NCBI GenBank assembly: GCA_964427895.1
Contig: CAYRUZ010000001.1
Span: forward strand, 31,480-95,479
Length of the DNA: 64,000 nucleotides
DNA from: an uncultured Candidatus Peribacteria bacterium
Lineage (GTDB): Bacteria > Patescibacteriota > Gracilibacteria > Peribacterales > Peribacteraceae
Reading direction: 5' to 3'
Part shown: positions 28,205-39,269 of the stretch, piece by piece
Position numbering within the stretch: position 1 is the first letter of the stretch
How the letters are laid out: each line of letters opens with the position of its first letter
The notes under the pieces: generated by a model
What the model saw: only the letters and a program-made list of their open reading frames with translations
Told to the model about the DNA's origin: nothing
The model's database searches: none
Translations under genes and position numbers: made by a program

Positions 28205-28714
28205 ATGGCTGACCTACTCAACGCGCTTGGCATCCAATGGCCCGTCTTGCTCGCACAGATCGTGAACTTCGCGATCCTCGTGTTCATCCTCGCGCGCTAC
28301 GTCTACAAGCCGTTGATCGGCGTCATTGACCGCCGACGGCAGGTCATCGCCGACTCCATGCGGCAGGCGAAGGAAATCGAGCAGAACAAAGAAGAACTCG
28401 ATCGCGAGCGCGTCGCCATCCTTCGTAAGGCCGACGAGCAGGCCGGCGCCCTCCTGGAGCGCGCGAAGAAGGAAGCGGATGCCATTCGCGTTGAAATCGA
28501 GGCGACCGCGAAGGCGACCGCCAAGAGCACGCTCAACAAAGGCAGGGAGCAGCTCGAACATGAGCGCAGCACGATGATGCGTGACATCCAGCATCAGTTG
28601 GCCCATGCCATCGTCCTCTCCGCCGAGAAGATCCTCCGCCGCGAATTTTCCAAGGAAGACCAGGAAGCATTCGAGGAGGAGTTGAAAAAGAATCTTCCGT
28701 CCATGCTCTCATGA
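28205..28714 (+). CDS. atpF: Fo ATP synthase subunit b
   Basis: N-terminal TM helix followed by a long charged coiled-coil; correct operon position. Confidence 0.8.
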   Translation: MADLLNALGIQWPVLLAQIVNFAILVFILARYVYKPLIGVIDRRRQVIADSMRQAKEIEQNKEELDRERVAILRKADEQAGALLERAKKEADAIRVEIEATAKATAKSTLNKGREQLEHERSTMMRDIQHQLAHAIVLSAEKILRREFSKEDQEAFEEELKKNLPSMLS

Positions 28715-29115
28715 GGATTCGCCCCATCCACGTCGCGCGATCGCTCATCGATACCGTCGAGTCCACGCCGGACATCGACGTCGGTGAGGCGTGCGTGGAG
28801 GCTTTCCGGCTCCTGCGTGCCCGTTGCCCAGGAATGCCGCCCCGGCAGTTCGTCGCATTGGTCGAACGGGAGGCGAAACGCCGTGGATCGGTTATGTCCG
28901 GCATGCTCTTTGTTCCCACCGATCCTTCGATGAAGGCCGAAATCGTCGAAAAGGCCCTTACGCAGAAGTCGGGTACGACCGTTCACGTCGATCGCGCCGT
29001 GGAACCCGAGCTCATCGGGGGCGCCGTTCTCTTCCTTGAGCACCGCCGTCTCGACAGCAGCGTGCAAGGCGCACTCCGCGCACTCCTGAATTCTTTTCTT
29101 GAACCCCTCGAGTAA
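28711..29115 (+). CDS. atpH: F1 ATP synthase delta (OSCP) subunit, short form (134 aa)
   Basis: Operon position between atpF and atpA (ATGA overlap with atpF). C-terminal V.P.LIGG......R.D.S..G.L motif. Confidence 0.7.
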   Translation: MRIRPIHVARSLIDTVESTPDIDVGEACVEAFRLLRARCPGMPPRQFVALVEREAKRRGSVMSGMLFVPTDPSMKAEIVEKALTQKSGTTVHVDRAVEPELIGGAVLFLEHRRLDSSVQGALRALLNSFLEPLE

Positions 29116-29130
29116 TTCACCCTTTTTCCC

Positions 29131-30639
<1,509 letters not shown>

Positions 30640-30650
30640 CGCTTTCTTCC

Positions 30651-31589
30651 ATGGCACGCAGCCTCCGCGATATCCGGCGAAAAATGAAGGCGGTCAAATC
30701 GACCCGCCAAGTGACCAAAGCCATGGAGCTTGTCGCCGCGAGCAAAATGCGCCGCGCCGTCCAGCATGCCCAGGCTCTGCGCCGGTACGCCTTGCATGCG
30801 TGGGACATTCTCCTCAGCATCGGACGCAGCATGAAGACCGGGGAACACACGTTCATCATGCAGCGCAAAGTGAAGCGTGTTCTCGGCATCGTCTTCACCT
30901 CGGACCGCGGCCTCTGCGGACCGCTCAACGCCCAGTTGATGCGATCGATGCAGCAGTACCTCAAGCGCGTGTCCGAGCTGAAGTCGTTCGAGACGATGGA
31001 CTTCATCACCGTCGGCCGCAAGGGCCACCAGATGCTTACGCGCCAGGGACGGACGGTCATCGCGACGTTCCCGTCTCTCAGCAACCACCCGACCATCAAG
31101 GACGTATTGCCCATCGCGAAGTTGGCCATCGACGAGTTCAAGAAGGGCACGTATGACCACGTCGTGCTCGTGTACACCGATTTCATCTCACCCATCCTGC
31201 AGCAGGCGGCGGTGAAGGTGCTCCTGCCCTTCTCGCCGAGCGAAGTGCGCGAAGTACTCGATTCTTTGGCGGAGAGCAGGCGCCGCACGAAAGAGGAGGC
31301 CGATATCCACCATATCGAAATCGGCAAGGGTCAGGAGTATTTGTTCGAGCCGACGCCCGAAGAGGTGCTCGACGTCATTCTGCCCCAGCTCACGGAAATC
31401 CAGATCTTCCAGGCCGTCCTGGAATCCGTCGCATCGGAACACTCATCCCGCATGATGGCCATGCACAACGCGACCGACAACGCATCGGAACTTCTGAACG
31501 ACATCACGCTTACCTACAACCAAACGCGTCAGGCGAACATCACCGCTGAGCTTGCCGAACTCTCGGCCAGCAAAGCCGCGCTCGACTGA
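30651..31589 (+). CDS. atpG: F1 ATP synthase gamma subunit
   Basis: N-terminal IRRKMKAVKSTRQVTKAMELVAASKMRRA and C-terminal NQTRQANITAEL..I..GA.AL motifs. Confidence 0.9.
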   Translation: MARSLRDIRRKMKAVKSTRQVTKAMELVAASKMRRAVQHAQALRRYALHAWDILLSIGRSMKTGEHTFIMQRKVKRVLGIVFTSDRGLCGPLNAQLMRSMQQYLKRVSELKSFETMDFITVGRKGHQMLTRQGRTVIATFPSLSNHPTIKDVLPIAKLAIDEFKKGTYDHVVLVYTDFISPILQQAAVKVLLPFSPSEVREVLDSLAESRRRTKEEADIHHIEIGKGQEYLFEPTPEEVLDVILPQLTEIQIFQAVLESVASEHSSRMMAMHNATDNASELLNDITLTYNQTRQANITAELAELSASKAALD

Positions 31590-32465
31590 TCAGGGCAGAT
31601 AGCGCGCTAGGTCCGTCGTGTTTTCCATCATGATGCGCGGCAGCTTGAACATGTCATCGTTCTCCGTGGAAACACGCGGGTCCATCAGCGTTCCGGTGAT
31701 GTAGCCGGCCCTCTTCGCGCTTTCGCGCACTTCCTCGTCGTGGGCCGTCCCGGGGTAGGCCACATGGCGGACGGGTTTGCCGGTGATCGCTTCGAGCGCT
31801 TTGCGGCTGTCGACGAATTCCTTGTCGATCTCCTCGACGGGCAGCGGCGGAAGGGCGCGATGGGTGACCGTGTGCGATTCGATATCCATGCCCTTATCCG
31901 ACAATTCCTTCGCTTTGGTCGCTTCGATCACGTTGGGGTTCGAGAGGCGGTTCGTGATGAGATAGAACACGCCGATCTGGTGCCGCGCCTCCATGACGGG
32001 CACCGCGAGGTCGTACTGCGTGATGTCGTTGTCATCGAAGGTCACGACCACCGGCTTGGACGGCCCTTTCACGGCGCCGGAGCGGATGTCCGCGTAGGTA
32101 TCGAGCGAGACGGTCGTGTAGCCCTTATCGACCAGCCACTGCATCTGCTTCTCGAAATTCTCGGGCGTCACGCTCATCTTGGCGCTCCATGTGTCTGCAG
32201 CACCCTCCCACACGCGGATGCGGTGATACACAAGGATGGGAATGTGCAGCCCGGTGGGGGAAGTGAATGCCGCCGGTGCCGCGGACGAACGTGACGAACT
32301 GCTCCAGGACGATTCCACGCCCTGAACGGAGGCGGAAGTGCATGCGCACAGCACGGAGGCGGCGCAGAGCAGGACGGTGGTGAAACGCGAGGTCGACACA
32401 GGGGACTGAGTGTAGCAAGACCGTTCATCGGGTACAGCCGGATGTTTCTTTTCGGCGATTGACAC
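31590..32465 (-). CDS. Polysaccharide deacetylase (NodB homology domain), secreted or lipoprotein
   Basis: ILVYHRI, TFDDN and ESHTVTH metal/catalytic motifs. The N-terminal hydrophobic segment contains Cys. Confidence 0.8.
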   Translation of the reverse strand: MSIAEKKHPAVPDERSCYTQSPVSTSRFTTVLLCAASVLCACTSASVQGVESSWSSSSRSSAAPAAFTSPTGLHIPILVYHRIRVWEGAADTWSAKMSVTPENFEKQMQWLVDKGYTTVSLDTYADIRSGAVKGPSKPVVVTFDDNDITQYDLAVPVMEARHQIGVFYLITNRLSNPNVIEATKAKELSDKGMDIESHTVTHRALPPLPVEEIDKEFVDSRKALEAITGKPVRHVAYPGTAHDEEVRESAKRAGYITGTLMDPRVSTENDDMFKLPRIMMENTTDLARYLP

Positions 32466-32513
32466 CCGGAATGCAGTGCCGCAGGATAGTATCGATTTTC
32501 CCCCTTCCTTGCC

Positions 32514-33032
32514 ATGAACCGCACCCGCATGCTTTCGATTCTCGCCCTCTCAACCCTCGCGCTTTCTGCGTGTTCCTGGTTCGGCAATAATGCTGTAGAA
32601 AACGCCATGGAAGACAGGATTCAAGATGAAACCGGACAAGATGCTGATGTCCAGATTAATGGCGATAGTATGGAGGTGACTACTGATGAGGGCACTGCAA
32701 AGATCGGAGGGGATGTTCCGTCGGACTGGCCGACCGATGTGCCTGTCTATGAGGGGGCGGATGTTCAGTATTCCGGATCGCAAAATCCGGCGAACGGCCG
32801 GCCGGGTCATATGATGGTGATGCAATCGACTGATTCCTCCGAAGATGTGTACGCATTTTACAAGCAGGAACTTGTAAACAATGGTTGGACGGTTGAATCC
32901 CAGGCGAACGCAGCCGGCGCCAGTACTCTCGTTGCCAAGAAAGAAGGACGTACGGTGTCGCTGTTGGTCACACCCGTGCAGGATGCAACGGCTATTAGCA
33001 TTGGCATCGAGGACGACGAAGTACAGGAATAA
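32514..33032 (+). CDS. Hypothetical acidic lipoprotein
   Basis: Lipobox LALSAC after a signal peptide. No recognised domain. Confidence 0.6.
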   Translation: MNRTRMLSILALSTLALSACSWFGNNAVENAMEDRIQDETGQDADVQINGDSMEVTTDEGTAKIGGDVPSDWPTDVPVYEGADVQYSGSQNPANGRPGHMMVMQSTDSSEDVYAFYKQELVNNGWTVESQANAAGASTLVAKKEGRTVSLLVTPVQDATAISIGIEDDEVQE

Positions 33033-33082
33033 TCTATCGCAGTAGTCCGTGGCCTGTGCGTAGAAAGCGCTTCTGCTTCGGA

Positions 33083-33670
33083 CTATTTTCGTGCCACTTT
33101 CAGCGCCCTGCCCCACCACAGTAATTGCGAGAGCATTTTGTCAGCCGCTCCATTCAGGGATGCGTCATTTTCAGGCTGCCACTGGGCTTTGCCCATTAAG
33201 ATGGGGAAGAACGTGTGGCCGGGGATATGGACGCTGTCGCGCGCAGAAGCCATATGCAGCTCGATGCACACTTGCCGCAGGTGTTCGACGGCTCGTGACC
33301 CGCCGACGCTGCCGTAGGAAACGAAGCCGACGGCTTTGTTCTGCCATTCGTAGTAGATGCAATCGAGAGCGTTCTTCAGAACGGCGGGGAAGCTGTGGTT
33401 GTACTCCGGCGTCACGACGATGAACGCATCGAGCGAGCGGATTTTATCCGCCCATTTTTGGACGACCTCGTTTTCATACTTCCCGTCGGTGATCATGGAT
33501 GGCGTCTTGGCCGAGTCGTAGAACGGCATCGGATAATCACGAAGGTCGAGAAGTTCGACAGAGACGTTTTCCTCCTTTTTCGCTCGCTCGAAAATCCATT
33601 GGGCGGGCTTGTCACTGAAACGCTGCTGGCGCGTGCTGCCGACGATCACGCCGATGTTCAATTCTTGCAT
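33083..33670 (-). CDS. NADPH-dependent FMN reductase family protein
   Basis: N-terminal NIGVIVGSTRQQRFS flavodoxin-like motif and TPEYNHSFP. The ATG at 33670 is preferred over the TTG at 33685. Confidence 0.8.
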   Translation of the reverse strand: MQELNIGVIVGSTRQQRFSDKPAQWIFERAKKEENVSVELLDLRDYPMPFYDSAKTPSMITDGKYENEVVQKWADKIRSLDAFIVVTPEYNHSFPAVLKNALDCIYYEWQNKAVGFVSYGSVGGSRAVEHLRQVCIELHMASARDSVHIPGHTFFPILMGKAQWQPENDASLNGAADKMLSQLLWWGRALKVARK

Positions 33671-33740
33671 GGGATACGGGGGCAAAGAGATACGAAACTA
33701 GGGACGATTCTACGCCAGTTTCCAGGCGGAGTTTCTGATT

Positions 33741-34974
33741 TTATCCATGTATTAATCCCTTGAGCGAGCGAATGACGGCGCGCGCTTGCTCAAGCGACGT
33801 CGTGAGGTGCGTCGGAAGAAAAAGAATGCCGCGGTTGCCTGGTACGCCGCGCAAGTCCTCTTGAAGCAGGTGAGAGCTGGCCCGTATGGGTTCCGGGGTA
33901 AGCACCAGGCTGTCCCATATGCCATTATCCAGATGAATGTTCTCGGACTGCAGACGTTTGCGGATCTCGTCCGCGTTTTCGACGAAGACGGGGAAGTGCT
34001 GCAATGGCAAACCGTCGCTCACTCCATCGGGGATCAACCATCCATTCGCTTGCGCCTCTCGCGTACTCCGTCACGAGAGCACGCCGGTGATCGTTCATGT
34101 CGCGCAGCGTGTCCCACTGATCCAGCACCATGTAGGCATAGATGTTCGGCATCGCGTGGACGGCATCATGTTGCACCGGGCCCCATCCGCTCTCGGGTAT
34201 CTGCTTGAATGACACTTTGATCCGCTCGCAGAACGCCAGAAATTTTTCGCCGAGCCCGACTGCATAGAGCGGACGCGCCATGACCTGCAGCAATGGGAAG
34301 AGTTGTATGAGGAAGATATAGCGTCGCGAAGGCGGCAGAGCGTCGTTCAGTTTTTCCTCTATCTTCTGGGCTAAAATTGAATCCCTGCAAATAACCGCTC
34401 CTCCGCTCACACCGCAAAAAGGTTTTTCGCGTCCGAAGCTGAAGAGCGTCACATCACCGAAACTTCCAAGATGACGCGGCCCCGTTTCATCGGGGCAGCA
34501 ATGCGCGCAATCTTCGATCAGCACGATGCCCTTCTCTTTGCAGATTGCTTTCAGTTCCGCGGCGTGTCCGTCGAGCCCGAACGTGTGCTGGCAAATCACG
34601 GCGCGTGTTTTCGGAGTGATCAGGCGGCGCACGGAGGTGACATCCAACCCCAACGTCTGGGGATTCACGTCCGCATAGATGATGGTTGCGCCCGCTGCTT
34701 TCACCGTCTTGTAGACCGACGCGCAGGTGTAGCCCGCAACGATGACTTCGCCGCCATCGGCGCAGCCGATGCTTTGGATGACGGTGAACAGCGCGTGGCG
34801 GCCCATGGCGAACAGGAACACTTCTCCTTGGAAACGATCGCCGAGTGCCCGGCGCAAACGCTCAAGGCTTTCCCCTTTCACGTACCTGGGCACGGCCAGC
34901 AACGCGCCGCTGAGGCGCAAAAATTGCCGCGTATCACAGTGCGGCGCAAGCCAAAGGGAGATGGGCCATCGCAT
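33741..34974 (-). pseudogene. DegT/DnrJ/EryC1/StrS-type PLP aminotransferase interrupted by a frameshift near 34030..34050
   Basis: The N-terminal 310 aa (including FSFGREKPF with the putative PLP Lys) are in ORF 33925..34974. The C-terminal part (IPDGVSDGLPLQHFPVFVENADEIRKRL...) continues in the +1 frame as ORF 33741..34037. Confidence 0.6.
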
Positions 34975-35075
34975 AAACGGACGCTTTCAGGCTACATCTT
35001 TCCTTGGGGAAGTTCGAGCGGGGATTGAGCAAAAAAAACAGCAAAAGAGGGACTTTGGGTAACGCCTCTTTTCCT

Positions 35076-35819
35076 TCATTCTTCGAGCAGAGCGGCAAGA
35101 AAGCGCCGTGTCCGCTCGTGGCTTGGGTGAGCGAGCAGTTTCGCGGTCGCGCCTCTTTCGACGATCCTCCCCTGGTCCATGAAAACCATCTCATCGGCGA
35201 TGTTTCGGGCGAATCCTATTTCGTGAGTCGCCATCACGATGGTGCGTTTCTTCTCGAGTGCCACGTCTCGGATGGCTGCGAGAACCTCGCGCTTCAATTC
35301 CGGATCGAGTGATGACGTCACTTCGTCCAACAGCAGTGCCGTCGGTTGCATGGCGAGCGCGCGGACGATCGCGACTCGTTGTTGCTGGCCGCCGGACAAT
35401 GCAGACGGGTAGGCATCCGCATAACCCTCCAATCCGATCCGTCTCAACAACGCATGCGCCTCCTTTTCTGCTTCGGAACGGTCCTGCCCCATGACGATGA
35501 TCGGTGCATCCGTGACGTTTTGTAGCACCGTTCGATGTGGCCACAGGTTGAACTGCTGGAAAACCATGGCGATATTCCGGCGGAGGAGAGTGGCGTCCGA
35601 TTGTTCGCCGGATGTGATGCAGTAATCCCCATAGTCTATCGATCCAACATCGACCGGGACGAGACCGTTCAAGCAGCGAAGCAGCGTCGATTTTCCCGCA
35701 CCGCTGGGGCCGATTATGCACACGATGGATCCCGCCTTTATCCGCAGGTCGATGTCCCGCAGGATGCGGTGACCGTCCACGGTGGCGGACATGCCGGTGA
35801 TGACGATGTCGTTCGTCAT
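35076..35819 (-). CDS. Polar amino-acid ABC transporter ATP-binding protein
   Basis: Walker A GPSGAGKST, signature LSGGQQQRV and Walker B LLLDE; 247 aa from the ATG at 35819 (ATGA overlap with the permease). Confidence 0.9.
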   Translation of the reverse strand: MTNDIVITGMSATVDGHRILRDIDLRIKAGSIVCIIGPSGAGKSTLLRCLNGLVPVDVGSIDYGDYCITSGEQSDATLLRRNIAMVFQQFNLWPHRTVLQNVTDAPIIVMGQDRSEAEKEAHALLRRIGLEGYADAYPSALSGGQQQRVAIVRALAMQPTALLLDEVTSSLDPELKREVLAAIRDVALEKKRTIVMATHEIGFARNIADEMVFMDQGRIVERGATAKLLAHPSHERTRRFLAALLEE

Positions 35820-36502
35820 GCGCTGAGGAGGGTCGTTGAACGGATTCCGGTAGAGAAGCGCTTTTCGAGCAAGCGTGAGGCCGCGATGCAAGGGGCGATC
35901 AGAACGAGGTACATCACCGCTACGGCCGTGTAGATCTCCAGGGGGCGGAAGGTCTCGCTGATCAGGATGTTCGCTCTGTGGAGGATCTCGTTGACTGCAA
36001 TCACCGATGTCAGTGACGAGTTTTTCATTTCCGTGATGTACAACCCCAGCATGTTCGGGATCATCGTCCTGACGGCCTGCGGGAGGATCACGTGGAGCAT
36101 GGTTGCGTTGCGCGTCATGCCCAGAGCCAGTCCGGATTCGAATTGGCTCTGGGGGATCGATTCGATGGATGCGCGGATCGTTTCCGAGACGAACGCCGAG
36201 AGGTGGAGAGAGAGGGCGATGGTCGCGGCCGAGAAGGGTGCCATGCGCCAATCGACGACCGTCGGTACCACGTAGTAGATCCAGATGAGAACGACGAGCG
36301 TAGGAAGAGCACGGAACAATTCGACGTATGCCCTGGCCATTGCGGCAAACACGGGGTTCTTCGATCCGCGCACCGTGGTAACCACTGCTCCCAGGAGTGT
36401 GCCGAGGATCGATACCAGGAGCGCCAATCCGAGTGTGACGAGCGCTCCTTCAGCGAAGATTCCGCGGTAGTGCCAGATGATGTCCCAGTGCCATGTGTAC
36501 AT
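35816..36502 (-). CDS. Polar amino-acid ABC transporter permease
   Basis: About 5 TM helices and an EAA-like loop (ESGLALGMTRN). The ATG at 36502 is 2 nt after the binding-protein stop. Confidence 0.85.
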   Translation of the reverse strand: MYTWHWDIIWHYRGIFAEGALVTLGLALLVSILGTLLGAVVTTVRGSKNPVFAAMARAYVELFRALPTLVVLIWIYYVVPTVVDWRMAPFSAATIALSLHLSAFVSETIRASIESIPQSQFESGLALGMTRNATMLHVILPQAVRTMIPNMLGLYITEMKNSSLTSVIAVNEILHRANILISETFRPLEIYTAVAVMYLVLIAPCIAASRLLEKRFSTGIRSTTLLSA

Positions 36503-36504
36503 GA

Positions 36505-37359
36505 TCAGCGGATGGAGTAGTTCTTCACTTCGTGTAACCAATGCGCGTCGTACTTCTTCTCGAGGTCGCTCCACACGCCGCTCGTTTCCATATAGAGGAG
36601 CGAGTTGTCGATGAAGAGGTGGAATGCGGAGTCCTCAAGCCGCATCGGCCAGGCATCCGGATTGATGTCGAACGGGGAAGATCCGAAGAGATCTATGGTC
36701 TCGGAGTGCGCGTCGGCGAACAACTTGATGGTCACCGCGTCGGCGATGCCGATGTCGGCGCGTCCCGACGACACCTCGAGGAGGAAGCGGGAGAGATCGG
36801 ATGATTCCACGTCGATGGGCACGATGGTCGCGTTCGGCAGGTGCTCCTTGGCGTAGATGTGGCCGGATTCGCCGTTGGCGACCGCAACGCGGATGCCGGG
36901 CTTGTTGGCGTCTTCGATGGTTGCGAAGCGCGTGTCGCCGCGGCGCACGAGCGCGCTGTTGCCCGCGTAGAAGAGCGGGCGGGAGAAGGCGACTGCTGCC
37001 GCGCGGGGCACTTTCACGAAGAGCGACGTGCCGATGTCACACTCGCCGGACGCCACGGCGGTCGCCATGTTTCCGAATGTGGATTCGTGGTACTCCGTTT
37101 TCACGTTGATCTGCTTCGCGATGTATTCGAGTGCGTCGATGTCGTGGCCGCTGAGTTTTCCCGTGGCGGGATCCTTGATCACGGCGGGAGGCCAGACCGC
37201 GTAGCAGACTTTCATCACGCCGGCCTTTTGGATGTTCGACAACGCGTCGCTGCTGAGTGTCGCGGCCGCATCGGAACCTCGCAGCAGGGTGATGGCCGAG
37301 AGGCACAAGGCGATGAGCGACAAGATCGTGACGCTCGTGACGGATGAGGGAGACTTCAT
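36505..37359 (-). CDS. Amino-acid ABC transporter substrate-binding protein (family 3)
   Basis: Signal peptide, about 284 aa, periplasmic-binding-protein-like sequence, first gene of the ABC operon. Confidence 0.8.
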   Translation of the reverse strand: MKSPSSVTSVTILSLIALCLSAITLLRGSDAAATLSSDALSNIQKAGVMKVCYAVWPPAVIKDPATGKLSGHDIDALEYIAKQINVKTEYHESTFGNMATAVASGECDIGTSLFVKVPRAAAVAFSRPLFYAGNSALVRRGDTRFATIEDANKPGIRVAVANGESGHIYAKEHLPNATIVPIDVESSDLSRFLLEVSSGRADIGIADAVTIKLFADAHSETIDLFGSSPFDINPDAWPMRLEDSAFHLFIDNSLLYMETSGVWSDLEKKYDAHWLHEVKNYSIR

Positions 37360-37441
37360 GGTATTAGACGTAATAAATAAAATGTTTCATAGTTATATAT
37401 AAAAATGTTGAAATGATCAAAAATATGAAAATAAATTTGGA

Positions 37442-37465
37442 AAAGATAATCGTTTTATTATCTTT
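37442..37465. promoter_or_regulatory. Perfect inverted repeat AAAGATAAT-N6-ATTATCTTT in the AT-rich divergent control region
   Basis: 9-bp arms at 37442..37450 and 37457..37465, lying 20 nt upstream of the -35 of the TrmB-family gene. Candidate operator. Confidence 0.4.
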
Positions 37466-37484
37466 AATAAGCCATTTATATTTG

Positions 37485-37513
37485 TTGATGAAATTTCAAC
37501 AAAATGATACTAT
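37485..37513 (+). promoter_or_regulatory. sigma70-type promoter (TTGATG-17 nt-TACTAT) of the TrmB-family gene
   Basis: TTGATG at 37485..37490 and TACTAT at 37508..37513. The GTG start at 37520 is 6 nt downstream (leaderless geometry). Confidence 0.55.
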
Positions 37514-37519
37514 TAAGGG

Positions 37520-38278
37520 GTGATTCAGCCTCTCCTCAAGCAGCTGGGCCTCTCTGAAAAGGAGATCGTCGTGTATCTCGCCATCCTGCAGCAGGGGAAA
37601 GTCTCCCCGGCAGACATCGCGACTCTGACGAATATCAACCGGACGACGGTGTATTCGGTCGCGAAGGAGTTGTTGAAGAAGAACCTGATCCGCGAGGAGA
37701 GCGGCAAGACGACGTATTGGATGGCCCGGCCTCCGGAGGACTTGAGCGTGCTCATCGAGCGGGAAAAGGAGGCGCTGCGGAAGAAGGAGCATTTGCTGCA
37801 GAGCGCGGTGAACGAACTCAAGCCGTTGATGGCCGGGATGCGGTACAGCATGCCCACGCTCACGTTCATCGACGAAAATCGCCTTGATGCTTACATGCGT
37901 TCCGAGAGCAAGAAGTGGACTGACAGCATCGTCAGGACCGACGGCCTCTGGCATGGCTTTCAGGACGACAGCTTCGTGGAGCACTACGAGGGCTGGGTCG
38001 ACTGGTATTGGCATTTGCCGATGTCCCAGCAGATCGTCCTCCATCTCTTCACCAACGATTCGTCGATCGAAAAGCGCATGCACCAGAAGAAGTACGAGCG
38101 CCGCCAAATGAAGTATTGGAAAGGCGGCGAAGTGTCCTCAACATTGTGGATCTGCGGAGAGTACATCGTCGTGATCGCGACCCGCTCCCGCCCCCACTAC
38201 TTGATCGAGATCCACGATCGTCTGCTCAGCGCGACGTTGCGCACGATGTTCGGCGATCTCTGGTCCAAGGAGAAGTGA
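37520..38278 (+). CDS. TrmB-family transcriptional regulator (soluble)
   Basis: N-terminal LGLSEKEIVVYLAILQQGKVSPADIATLTNINRTTVYSVAKELLKKNLI wHTH plus a TrmB-like C-terminal domain. Confidence 0.8.
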   Translation: MIQPLLKQLGLSEKEIVVYLAILQQGKVSPADIATLTNINRTTVYSVAKELLKKNLIREESGKTTYWMARPPEDLSVLIEREKEALRKKEHLLQSAVNELKPLMAGMRYSMPTLTFIDENRLDAYMRSESKKWTDSIVRTDGLWHGFQDDSFVEHYEGWVDWYWHLPMSQQIVLHLFTNDSSIEKRMHQKKYERRQMKYWKGGEVSSTLWICGEYIVVIATRSRPHYLIEIHDRLLSATLRTMFGDLWSKEK

Positions 38279-38704
38279 TCAACGCCAGAGCGTGACGATC
38301 AATGAGATGATGATGAACGAGACGAGGTGGTACCCGATGTTGAAGAGGTACAGTTCCATCTTGCGTCGCTCCCACAGCACCCCGTTGAGGAATGTTGTCG
38401 CGATGAACGTGAACCACACAAGTACCGCAAAGAAAATCGCAGCCGCGGGTCCGGTCAAGTCGAGCGCCGCCGAAAGGTGCGCCATGCCGAGCGCGATGAC
38501 GAGTTGCTGGAAGAACGCAGCCACCATCTGCGGGGCCATCGCTGCCATCCCTTTCGCCTTCATGGCATCCACCTCCGATTGGGGAATCTCCATGAGCTTC
38601 ATCCAGTGCGTGCCGAAGACCGGGCCGTGCCACATGAAACCGACGACGTAGGCGACGACAGCGGCGACCAAGACGGCCGTGAAATTGATGTTGGAGAGAT
38701 CCAT
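38279..38704 (-). CDS. DUF1761-like small membrane protein
   Basis: INFTAVLVAAVVAYVVGFMWHGPVFG..W motif and about 4 TM helices. The ATG at 38704 is chosen. Confidence 0.55.
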   Translation of the reverse strand: MDLSNINFTAVLVAAVVAYVVGFMWHGPVFGTHWMKLMEIPQSEVDAMKAKGMAAMAPQMVAAFFQQLVIALGMAHLSAALDLTGPAAAIFFAVLVWFTFIATTFLNGVLWERRKMELYLFNIGYHLVSFIIISLIVTLWR

Positions 38705-38801
38705 GGTCGAGGGGGAAGACGATGAAAAACCTATGCCAAATGACGCATGCATGCAATGGGGGTGTACCATGGTTCGCGTTTCAGTCACTACCGCCCGTAC
38801 G

Positions 38802-39221
38802 ATGAACATGTTCAAGCCCGTCAAAGCGACCACGGTGAAGGAATACCTCGCGTCTGTTTCCCCCGAGCGCAAAGAGCTGGTGGAATTTCTCCATGCGCTT
38901 ATTCAGAAGTCCGCACCATCGCTCAAGCCGCACGTCGCTGCCACTATGCTCTGGTACGGTTCATTTCCATACCGGAACTACAAGAAGGAAATGATCGAAT
39001 GGCCGGTCATCGGACTCGTGAATCAGAAGCAGTACGTCAGTGTGTACGTTTGCTCGATCGTCGACGGCGAGTATGTAGCCGAGAAACACAAGAAGGATCT
39101 GGGGAAGGTGAGTGTCGGAAAGAGCTGCATCCGCATCAAGAAGATCGAAGACGTCAACGTGGAGGGTCTGAAAAAGGTTTTTCAAATTGCCGAAAAGCAT
39201 CCGGGTTTGCGCGAAGAATAA
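38802..39221 (+). CDS. DUF1801 (YdhG-like) domain protein
   Basis: The VKEYLASVSPERKELVEFLHALIQKSAP start is typical of the family. The ATG at 38802 is chosen. Confidence 0.6.
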   Translation: MNMFKPVKATTVKEYLASVSPERKELVEFLHALIQKSAPSLKPHVAATMLWYGSFPYRNYKKEMIEWPVIGLVNQKQYVSVYVCSIVDGEYVAEKHKKDLGKVSVGKSCIRIKKIEDVNVEGLKKVFQIAEKHPGLREE

Positions 39222-39269
39222 TCGGCCATCACGTTCCTGGACCGATAGACGTGTGATACCCTCGCGGGT

